Shown: positions 54,001-64,000 of the stretch, in pieces
How positions within the stretch are numbered: position 1 is the stretch's first letter
How the letters are laid out: each line of letters opens with the position of its first letter
Source: Leucoraja erinacea
Lineage: Eukaryota
Reading direction: 5' to 3'
Length of the DNA stretch: 64,000 nt
Assembly (NCBI RefSeq): GCF_028641065.1
Contig: NC_073403.1
Span: 10,478,001-10,542,000 of the forward strand
The notes under the pieces: generated by a model
Database searches by the model: none
The model's input: the letters and a program-made list of their open reading frames with translations, nothing else
Told to the model about the DNA's origin: nothing
Position numbers and translations under genes: made by a program

Positions 54001-54408
54001 GTCTGTATGTCTTTTACTTTTTTCCAGCTCTTTATTAAACTTAATAATACACTTAAAAATGGTGAAATCTGGTTCAGGTTTTCATTCAATCATTCATTAA
54101 TATATTTAAGCATATGTTTTGAGACATAAATTTGATTTGAAATAACTGCCTGCTTGACATTTTTCAAAAGATTGTGCGTTTTATTGAAATGTTTCCTGCC
54201 ATTTCCATTCAACATTAAGGGAAATTTGCATAATTTATGTAGATTGGTTATTGCATGTGACCAATCATAGTAGAGTAGTATCATTAACCCCACCTTACTG
54301 TATGCTTTATATTAGCATCCACTTCCTACATTAAGTAGCCTTGGAAGCGATAGTGATGAATTAACAACTAACAACCTGCTGTACCACTATACTATGTGTT
54401 ACAATTAA

Positions 54409-56390
54409 ACATAGAAACATAGAAAATAGGTGCAGGAGTAGGCCTGCACCGCCATTCAATATGATCATGGCTGATCATCCAACTCGGTATCCTGTGAAAA
54501 GGTTACTTTTATAACTACTAAACAGGTTCGCTCCTTAATAAACAGACACCACACAAACTGTTTGGTAGACCAGTTCAAACCTTTACTTATTATCGGCCGA
54601 TGGAAGGAAGCGAGAATTCCAGTCAAGTGACCAATGTAGACACTTAACTGTGCTCAGCCACCTTCCCTGAACAACAGAATTATATTGCATTTTATAGTGT
54701 TTCTTTGTCACCTTAGCACATTCCACAGACGTTAGTCATGGTCAGAGGTACAGGAAAAGGTTTCTACAGAATGCATCACATCAAAGGCATTTTGTCACAT
54801 GGTACAAGATATATTAATAATAATAATAATAATAATAACTTTATTTGTTAAGCACCTTAAAAACAACCAAAGCTGACCAAAGTGCTGTACAGAAAAAAGA
54901 AAACAAGCAAGACATCATAAAACAGGCAGAACAACAGAACATACAACTAACACGAGGCGCATAAATTACATACAAAAATCCAAACAATAAATTAAAAAAC
55001 ATAAAACACGAGTACGAACAACGCAGCAAAACCAAGCAAATAAAGCTAATAAACAAAACACATGGTGGCCATTCTTCAGGTTTTACAGCTAGACATTTTT
55101 ATCTTTCATACAATCCCGACACAGCAAAGGCACGGTCCCCTCTCTTCTTCTTTGGCTCACCTCGGAGCCTGATCATCTGACCTGAGAGGCGGGGAGGGCA
55201 CTAAGGGTGAAGAAGCTTAGGTAGGACGGGGCAAGACCACTTAGGGATTACTTAAAAGAATTTTAAAACGAATCCTATACTGAATCAAAGTGGAGAGAGT
55301 AAAAGGTGAGAAACATGATCTGCTTCGTTACCAGTCCGAACAGCCATTCTGTACCATCTGGATGGGCGAAGGACATACAGGACACTAATCCAGCCGGGTG
55401 GTAACAAAGGCGTGGATTACTCTACTTCAAAATCGATTTTTGCCAGCTGACTCTTTAGCCCTCCAGTCAAATCTAAGCTCAGGGTCCACTTATCCCCACT
55501 TGATGTTAGGTTTGAGACAATATTTTTACCTCATATTAAAAACATTGGCCATTGGGTTTACGACATTTTATCTTTCTATCTCTCACACCGTCCCTCAACC
55601 TGAGGCACTTGGTTTAGCATCTACTTTGAGACTCAAAGAGATGTAGCAGCTCTCGTAACCTCCTCCCTCGCTAGCCCAGACTTCAAAGCCATGACTTAGC
55701 TCCTTCTCTACTTATATTGGGAGACAATATTTTTTTAGTATTTATTATCTCACACACCGCAACCTGAGGCAAGCCTAATTTGAGACTAAATATAAGCTGT
55801 AAGCTAGCCCAGAAGCCAATTTAATATCTTCTTATATTTTTAACTAAAATTCAGCTTCATCACCTGTATCTGCCTTCTCTCCATACCCCCTGATCCCTTT
55901 AGCCACAAGGGCCACATCTAACTCCCTCTTAACTATAGCCAATGAACTGGCCTTAACTACCTTCTGTGGCAGAGAATTCCAGAGATTCACCACTCTCTGT
56001 GTGAAAAATGTTTTCCTCATCTCGGTCCTAAAAGATTTCCCCCTTATCCTTAAACTGTGACCCCTTGTTCTGGACTTCCCCAACGTCGGGAACAATCTTC
56101 CTGCATCTAGCCTGTCCAACCCCTTAAGAATTTTGTAAGTTTCTATAAGATCCCCCCTCAATCTTCTAAATTCTAGCGAGTACAAACCGAGTCTATCCAG
56201 TCTTTCTTCATATGAAAGTCCTGACATCCCAGGAATCAGTCTGGTGTACCTTCACTGTACTCCCTCTATGGCAAGAATGTCATTCCTCAGATTAGGAGAC
56301 CAAAACTGTACGCAATACTCCAGGTGTGGTCTCACCAAGACCCTGTACAACTGCAGTAGAACCTCCCTGCTCCTATACTCAAATCCCAAA
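54409..56390 (-). mobile_element. young CR1 3' fragment inserted in the 5' LTR, itself interrupted
   Basis: tail at 54409-54494, body 55863-56385 nearly identical to the copy at 28300-28825. Confidence 0.9.
54495..55862. mobile_element. TG...CA solo-LTR-like insert with 4-bp TSD, containing an L2-like 3' end
   Basis: CCTG duplicated at 54491-54494 and 55863-55866; (AAT)n tail and minus-strand RGDRAFAV-like L2 remnant at ~54815-55400. Confidence 0.6.
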
Positions 56391-56523
56391 GACACATAAA
56401 GATGACTTTGAACTCCAGACCTGTGTAACATAATAATTTACATGGTGTCAGTCAGCGTGAAGTAACCCACTTCGTCCGTATATCGGGTTTTATTTGTGTT
56501 TTATCAGTTCCATTTGTATCACT

Positions 56524-57390
56524 ATGGCTGAATCGTACCGCAAGCCAGCGCAGCTCATCTTTGATTCAGACATCGGGGAACGATGGAGGCTATTCGAAAT
56601 CGAGTACGAACACTATATCAACATCGTCTATCGTAATGAACCAGATGCTGTCAAAGCTTTGATTCTACTAAACCTGGCAGGACCTGAGGCTCTGATGAGA
56701 GCACAGACTTTTGACTTCGCGCCAGCGGTTCTCGACGACAACAATCAGGTAGTTGTACCTGCTGAGACTATGCGTGACCCTAATGTTTTACTGCGTAAAT
56801 TCAGGGAACTATGCGACCCACCCTTTAACCGTATCTTAAAAAGAGGAAAATTCTTCGCGAGACACCAGCTTCCCGATGAGCCTGTGGAAAGATTTATTTG
56901 TGATTTGAAAGATATGGCTCTGCAATGCCACTTCGGGGTTATGTCCAACAAATTAATCAGGGACATGCTTGTCATTGGCATGACTGATCAAAACCTAAAG
57001 ATTAAGTTGCTGCAGAATGCTGACTTAACCCTTGAACAAGCTGTGCATGCCTGCCGTACGTCAGAGATTGTGGCTACACTTAGTGACCAGGTTGACACTC
57101 AGAAAAAGAGTATAAACTTGACGGGTTTCAACAAACGCCCAACCACGACAGCTAACAGAAGATTTATGAACGAACCGCCGCAAACGGCTAACCGGGGATT
57201 TATCAATGAGCCGCCGCAAAGATGTCCGAATTGTAACTATTTCCACAACAAGGGACGAATGTTCTGTCCTGCGAACGGCAAACCATGTAACTACTGCAAG
57301 AAAATGAATCACTTCGCCGTTGCCTGCAGGTCCCTTGGGAACAGACCTTCCAGCTCAGCGTCTAATCTGCACCTGTTGCAACAAGACTAA
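56524..57390 (+). CDS. retrotransposon Gag with CCHC zinc knuckle (intact frame)
   Basis: MAESYRKP...FFARHQLPDEPVERFICDLK...LIRDMLVIG...LTLEQAV...CPANGKPCNYCKKMNHFAVAC. Confidence 0.85.
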   Translation: MAESYRKPAQLIFDSDIGERWRLFEIEYEHYINIVYRNEPDAVKALILLNLAGPEALMRAQTFDFAPAVLDDNNQVVVPAETMRDPNVLLRKFRELCDPPFNRILKRGKFFARHQLPDEPVERFICDLKDMALQCHFGVMSNKLIRDMLVIGMTDQNLKIKLLQNADLTLEQAVHACRTSEIVATLSDQVDTQKKSINLTGFNKRPTTTANRRFMNEPPQTANRGFINEPPQRCPNCNYFHNKGRMFCPANGKPCNYCKKMNHFAVACRSLGNRPSSSASNLHLLQQD

Positions 57391-58400
57391 ACATTTCCAG
57401 ACACACAGGACCAGCTCGAAGCTGCCCATGAGGATGATCCAATTAGCGCATATGAAGAGTCCACTGTGCGCACACACTCCTACACTCCGCTGGTATGCTT
57501 TCGGATCCATCTGTATCGATGTTCATTAACAATAAACCTGTGAAGGCCAAATTGGAAGCTGGTGCCACAGGTGTTTAAACCAGCCGCGGTCCAGAAGTGC
57601 ATCGAGGAGAAACACAACATCCGGAAACGATCCTATGACAAATCCAATAAACCACTGAAGCTACTGCTGCAGGGTCAAGTCGTCCGTCTGCAGACTACTC
57701 TGGGACATTCCCGTCTAGGTTTCGTTGTCGGCCCGTGCCAAGGAACCCCACTCCTACCTTGTCAACGTCGATGGTGCCCTGCACAGATGGAGCCGCCAAA
57801 ACTTGCTGCTTGTAAAAGAACCCCGTCCACCACCAGCCGATCCTTTTGCTCCACCTCTGCTGTTCAACCCGTCTGCTGCTGCCACTATCACTAGTCCAAG
57901 CATGTCCCGTTCTCTGCCACGACCGGCGATCCCGTCTAACAACAACACTACCTCTCCCGCATGCTCATCCTACCGGTCGCCTATAGCGTCCCCAGCTGCC
58001 TTCTCCCTTCTGGGTTCACTGCCTCCCTCCCCCACTAATTCTTCTGGTACATGGGGAGAGGGGTTGGTTCGCACGCGTTCGGGTCTTATTAGTAGACCGC
58101 CTGATAACGGCGAGTACGTTTAAATTTACGCTTACCCGTGCGTTATTATATTCGCTCTTTATGGGGACGGATGTAGATTGGTTATTGCATGTGAACCAAT
58201 CATAGTAGAGTAGCATCATTAACCCCACCTTACTGTGTGCTTTATATTAACACCCACTTCCTACATTAAGTAGTCTTGGAAGCGGTAGTGATGAATTAAC
58301 AACTAACAACCTGCTGTACCACTATACTATGTGTTACAATTAAAGATGACTTTAAACTCTAGACCTGTGTAACATAATCATTTTAAATTTATATTAGTAA

Positions 58401-59476
58401 CTAGACCAAGTGCAGATCTGTTCCCCCAACGTGCGGTTGTGGGGGGGGGGGGGGGGGGGGGGCGGGCGGCATGCAGCGTCACACACACTGACTACCCCCC
58501 CCCCCCCCACCACGCACTCACGCTAATTACCCCCCTTGATATTATATTGATATTATTAATTTGCTCCTTTTACCCCATAAACACCCTATCTACTGACGCA
58601 TAGCCCCCAACTTGCAGTCACACCTAGAGAGGGGGGGGGGTAGAGAGTGGGGGGGAGAGAGATGGGGCAGAGAGAGAGGAGGGTGAGAGTGAGGGGGGTG
58701 CTGATAGGGGGGTGAGGGGGGGAGAGGTGGGGAGCAGTGAGGGGGAGGTAGGGTGGAGGGAAAGAGGGGGAGAGAGGGTGTGCTGAGAGGGGAGGGGGAG
58801 AGGTGGGCAGCAGGAAGGGGGAGGGGTTAGGGGAGTGTGGGGGAGGGGGGGGGGAGGGGAGGTGGGGGGGAGAGGAGGGGGGGGAGAAAAAGGGGAGAGG
58901 GGGAGAAAAAGAGGGTAGAGAGTAAAGGAGGGGGGAGAAAAAGAGGGGGAGAGGAGAGGAGAGGAGAGAGGGGGAGAACCTAAAAAACATTTTAGAACCA
59001 AAAAAGACACATTCTGCAAGCATTGTAGAACCAAAAGAGACACTTTTTGCAAACATTTTAGAACCAATAGACACTTTTTGCAAACATTTTAGAACCAATA
59101 GACACATTCTGCAAGCGTTTTAGAACCAATAAGGCCACTTACGTTTGAGTAGACATGTGTTCAGTGTTATTCACAGTTCAGAGAAACGTGACCCTCTGCT
59201 TTCCTCCATCTTGACGAGACTATGAGGCACACCACTTCTTGGTTTTATAGTCCCTCCCCCCTGCCGCCAGCAGGGGCAGCAGGGAGAATGGGAAATTTTG
59301 TAAAAACATTAATATCTGTCATTTTTCATCGACGTGAAAAATCATCAGCACACATACGGCGGAGGGGGGCTCTGAGCAAGATGGCCAAAAATGACGGCCG
59401 TAGGTGGCGCCGTTCTCTCGGAAATTGCAGCACAGATGGCCAAAACCGGTCAAGAACAGACTTTTAGTAATATAGA
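58401..59476 (-). mobile_element. non-autonomous Helitron
   Basis: minus strand A|TCTATATTACT...GGTCTAG|T, subterminal hairpin CCCCCAAC-GTGCG-GTTGTGGGGG, no TSD; internal GA-rich tract and ~30-bp tandem repeats (58985-59130). Confidence 0.75.
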
Positions 59477-60533
59477 TAGATAGATACTTAGAATGTTTGT
59501 AGCTATTTACAATGTCTTTCATGACAAAGCTTTCACTATAAGCTTAAAGATAAAGTATATTTTTGCACCCTTCCCCACCCAAATGGTCTGATATTAGTAT
59601 TCCAGTAACAGTAAGCCCTTGGGTACTTAATAACGGAATGAGGCAAGTTTAGTTGAACAGACGAATGTTGTGATCAATCCATTGATAACCATGATGTGGT
59701 GTATCGACCCAAAACATCGATAATTCCTCTCCCTGACAGATGATGCTCAACCGGCTGAGTTCCTCTAGATTGTTTGTTGCTCCAGATTCCACCATCTGCA
59801 GTCTCTTGTGTCTCTGTTATTTCACATTTTTCTCTGCTTTACCATTTTTATGTAAGTTGCAAGCTTTAATATCTGCACTCCTCAGAGGTGTACAGCTATA
59901 TAAAAAAACATTTAGATAGAGGAGTGGTTAGGTCAGTACAATGACCAAAAACAATTTGAAAGAATAGGACACGTTCTTAGAGATTTATAAGCACGTAAAC
60001 AATATCAGTAGAGACAAATAAAATTCTGAAATGTCTGTATTGCTGTTGATAACAGGTGAACATGCAATAGATAAATACCTGGAATATCCCATTTTATCCC
60101 AGTATTTCATAGTCATCAAATCCAGCATTTGAGCACAAAGTATTTTCTATTTTGGCTTTTATGTGGTATTTTGTTTAGAAAGAATGTAAAACAAAACTGT
60201 GATGTAGTAAATACCATTGCTTCTCTGCCACCCTTAGACTCAACTCTTTTTTCTGTCTAATGACTTCAACTTGTTCCATCGCTTAACCTTATCCAGTTTT
60301 AATCCCAAAGCATTAGGAACTTGCTTTCACTTGACTAGCTGTGTAGTTCCAGCATTTGTTTTCATTGCATAAAATGGTTCATGGAGGACGATAAAGATTT
60401 TATCCACTTTGCAGCATATAAACATTATTATACATTTTTGCCAAAAGAATTTAAACTTTATTGCTGTCTGCATAATTTTTGTAAATGCACATGGCAGCCT
60501 GTGATTTATTTTTAACTTTCTATTCCTGAATAG

Positions 60534-60576
60534 ACTGAAGCGCAAGCGGAGGAAGATGAGGGCGAGGTCAAAGTGA
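60534..60576 (+). CDS. RPL41: RPL41 exon 3: (R)[13 protein letters not shown]
   Basis: pyrimidine tract + TAG|A CTG AAG CGC AAG CGG AGG AAG ATG AGG GCG AGG TCA AAG TGA; spliced product is the canonical 25-aa length. Confidence 0.95.
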
Positions 60577-60719
60577 AACCTTGTTTATGACTGCAGTGAT
60601 TGGCAGCTGCTTTACAGTTCAACTTCAGTGGTTAATGGATGATTTTCAAGCTTGTGTTCTTCAGAGACTCTTTGTGTATTGGTTATTCAACTTTTATGAA
60701 TTGTTGGTTTTGGTATAAC

Positions 60720-60725
60720 AATAAA
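60720..60725 (+). terminator. RPL41 polyadenylation signal
   Basis: AATAAA ~145 nt after the stop codon. Confidence 0.7.
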
Positions 60726-63700
60726 ATTGTTTTAAAAATCTGATGTGCAGTGTAAGGAATAGCTACATTGCTATGACATTTGTGAATTTTCTCATTTATA
60801 ATGATGCCAAAGTAAGGTGATTTTTTGCCATTTCTATCTGGAACAAAAAAATGTTTTTCATTTTTTGATATTCTGGTAACTATTGGATCAGGCTGTGCCT
60901 TGCCTTGTTTAATGGTTTATAGATTCAAATTTCTTGCCCAATGGCAATCCTTTTCTCAACAGAAGGAAGATTGGGAATTATGAATGTTTATAATTTTCTG
61001 TGTCAGTGGATTATGGATGCTTAGTCGCTGAACTGAATTGCATGGCATTGTTCAATACACTTTTCAGCTGTTGAGGAATTTGAAATAAGGTTTGGTTGAT
61101 GGTGTGGAGCTATAGTCCAATCTCAAATGGAGAGCAGGCTGAAGGTTAGCAAGTTTTAAATGTTAATATCATGCCGTTTATTATTTCCCTATGCCTAGAC
61201 ATTGATCTGAAAGGTCAAACTAGATAGATATCAGGAATACATTGATGTGCCTCCTGTTGTAAAGAGTTGCCCTATTTAGAAAATAGGTGCAGGAGTAGGC
61301 CATTCGGCCCTTTGAGCCAGCACTGCTGAATTTTGCATTATGAATTTGTATCCTTATCGATGGACACTTCTGATTGGAGTTCTCCAGCTGGGTTAACAGT
61401 ATTCAATGTGACGGGTTTACTTGGGCAGTTGAACAAGTGTGCTTTTACCTGTTATGGTAAATTCCATGTACAGCGTCACAGTAGACACTGAATTGCATGA
61501 AAGGGGTTAATCAAATGCTGTTTTGTGTCAATCAAATTAATCTTTATCTGCCGTTAAGTGACCCATTTTATTCAACTTTTTTTGTAGGCAGGAATGAAAA
61601 AACACAATGTCAATATTTCCTTTTTTGTTCAGATATTGTGGGAATTTTCAGTGAATATGGAAAGTGTAATCAGTGGTGGGGTGCATCTTTTAATCCCCAT
61701 GTTGAGATTGTGACTTTGTGTGAAATATTTCCAAAGGTATTGTCAGATATTTTATCTATTGCATTACATTTCTTTTTAAATTTTCATAATTTTTGATGAG
61801 CTGTGGTTGTCAATATAGCTGGTGGGTAATAGAATCCCTAACCACTTCTAGAAACATAATGGGACTTTGATCACGCTACAACTTCCAAAATATATTTTAT
61901 TTTGCCCATTCTAAACTGGAATAAAGAGAAAATTTCAACTACAATTGAATCACATTGAATGTGATTCAACTGTCTTGTTGCATAAAATTTCTCACAAGTG
62001 CAGTACAAATGGTACAATTGATTTTTGGCAACAGAGTATAACATGCAGTGGGATTCCACGTGTGCATTTGGTGCAAACTACTGCTGGTGAATATAAATGC
62101 TGTTGGAATCAGACAACAACCTGTGTTATTTCTGCCAAAAAAGGATGAATCATAAGGAGCCATTTGACCGATTTTCATATTGAATTAATATTGTTTCTTT
62201 TTGCAACAATAGCAGATAGCAAGCCTCCAATACATGCAAGTGATCGAATTATAAGATTACAATGTTGCCCCTAACGATATCGCACAATGTCCATTGTTAA
62301 AGCTTTTTCCTTACTGGTTTCAAACCTGCAGCCTAAAATCTCATTAAAAGCAAAACTTATTGGGCTGTTTAACTGCTGAGGAAGCAGGTGATGGTTTGGC
62401 TCTAACTTTCAGTGGAGTGAGACAAAAGATGAACAGCAGTAGACAGAAAATGCTGGAGTAATTCAGCGGGACAAGCAGCATCACTGGAGAGAAGGAATGG
62501 GTGAAGTTTCGGGTTGAGACCCTTCTCACAGCAGTGTTGCTGATAGAGTTATATGAAATTACAAGTTGCATAGATAGTTTAAAAAAAAAAATCCACATAG
62601 AGATATAATCTTAATCTGGGGGTTAAGGCAAATTACTCAAGTTTTAGAAGGGATCTGAAGTAGACCATTTTCATCCAGAGTGTTGTTGAAATATGGAGTG
62701 CACTATCTTTGCGGATGGTGAAAACGCATGCACACCATTTAAGTATCTAGAAGCAGGTAAATTTGTATACGGTGACTGGATCAAATAAACTTGATTAATA
62801 AAAACAAGCACAGTATGGAAACAGGCCCCCTCTATTCTATAACACTCCACAGAACCTCAACGTTCACTGTGAAAGTCCTATCCTGGTTTGACTTCCCAAA
62901 ATGTAATGCGTTACACTTATCCGAACCAAACTTAATTTGCCCTTGGCCCACTACTTAGCTGATCAAGATTTTACTGTGATTCTTGATAATCTTGACTGTC
63001 TACCTATTCCAGTGCCATATGCAAACTTGGCAACCCTGCCTTGCACATTCTCATCCAAATCACCAATATAGATGACTTCATACTTGATGGGTGTCATAGA
63101 TATGACAGCCCCCTGTTTCTATGCGTTACACTATTTTGCACTGAATCAAATAAATGTCCCAAGTTGCAAGTTGCATCAGGAACGTCAAATATTTAAATGA
63201 TGATTGGATGTTGATGAAGACTAGTGAAAATTAAGCTTAAAATATTCAACAAAAATAGCTCAAAAGCAGATGATGTACCAGATTGTACATTAGTTTTCAT
63301 GACATTTCATCCGGCATTGGCTCTTAATACTAATTACTGTTCTGTACTGTGTAATGCAACATAATTTCAGGATTCACAATGTTTGACACAATAATGCTTA
63401 AATACCATTAACCTTTTCAAAATGTCCTGCTTGAAGTATCGCAGTCATTATGTTCTGAATCCGTGATCCAGTCGTCTAAATTAATAATTAGGAGCCAGGA
63501 TTATTCTTCCAAAGTAGTAGATTTTTTCCTTCATTTCATCTAAAGGAATTAATTAGCAATGGTAGGCTGGTTTTGTAATGATGAAGGAATCTATCCGAAC
63601 ATCCGTCGAGTTTATTTATATCCTTAAGAAAAACAAGCATGCACCCTTCACTATGTAAGGTACATTAATAATTCCACACCCACATCAATGTGATTAACTT

Positions 63701-64000
63701 TAAAACTCTTCTATGAAATAGCCTTGTATGACAATCCAAGAGTAATGAGAGATGGGCAATGAATTGCCATTGCCGCCTATTTCCAATCAATGAATCAACA
63801 AGACACGATGTTGACAACTTTTATGAATGACAATTGAAGCAATGATAGAACAGTTATTCTGACATGACTAATGCTGATCTATTTTTAGTTACTGCTGGGT
63901 GTGGATTGCAAAGTAAAGCGCGAAATATAACATTGATGGGGGTGAAGTCACACCGAGTCTGAAATTGGTTGGTGGCACCGCCTGGTACAATGAGCCAAGT

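Larger units (their letters stand above)
54238..58386 (+). mobile_element. Gypsy/Ty3 LTR retrotransposon, internally deleted, in RPL41 intron 2
   Basis: ~215-bp LTRs (54238-54408 + ~56401-56442; 58172-58386), TSD ATTTA, PBS TGGTGTCAG at 56443, purine tract before the 3' LTR. Confidence 0.92.

Noticed and set aside
58586-59107. Pro/Ser/Leu-rich ORFs
   Set aside because: Translation of a low-complexity purine tract inside the Helitron
52329-60533. Intronic box C/D snoRNAs in RPL41
   Set aside because: TGATGA/CTGA matches that I found fall within LTR or Penelope repeats and lack terminal stems; H/ACA types cannot be excluded by eye
60574-60660. Possible SECIS/readthrough after the RPL41 TGA
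   Set aside because: ATGA is present but no correctly spaced AA loop or convincing helix; the stop is at the canonical position
60800-64000. Expected neighbours RAB5C or HSPB9
   Set aside because: No matching exons seen; only decayed repeats and AT-rich DNA

Overview
Vertebrate genomic DNA, most likely from an elasmobranch (skate/ray/shark; inferred from HE1-like tRNA SINEs plus abundant CR1 and Penelope-like repeats). Minus strand: a complete 18-exon KAT2A/GCN5 gene (CDS 14273-50092, up to 808 aa) and, downstream of it, the first two coding exons of DHX58/LGP2, with a candidate 5'UTR exon and a perfect ISRE. Plus strand, invisible to the ORF track: a complete three-exon RPL41 gene (25 aa, [25 protein letters not shown], exons at 52317, 53978 and 60534). 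It lies head-to-head with KAT2A across a ZNF143/NRF1-type promoter interrupted by Penelope-like elements, and may be a retained whole-genome-duplication paralog. The rest is repeat-rich: a Tc1 element containing a 6-bp-TSD TIR element that carries a TDP2-like exon with its splice donor, a gag-only Gypsy LTR element with nested insertions, a non-autonomous Helitron, solo LTRs, CR1/L2/Rex1 fragments, SINEs, hammerhead-ribozyme-like cores in Penelope termini, and one 153-N gap. Family assignments come from recalled sequence motifs; no database search was run.
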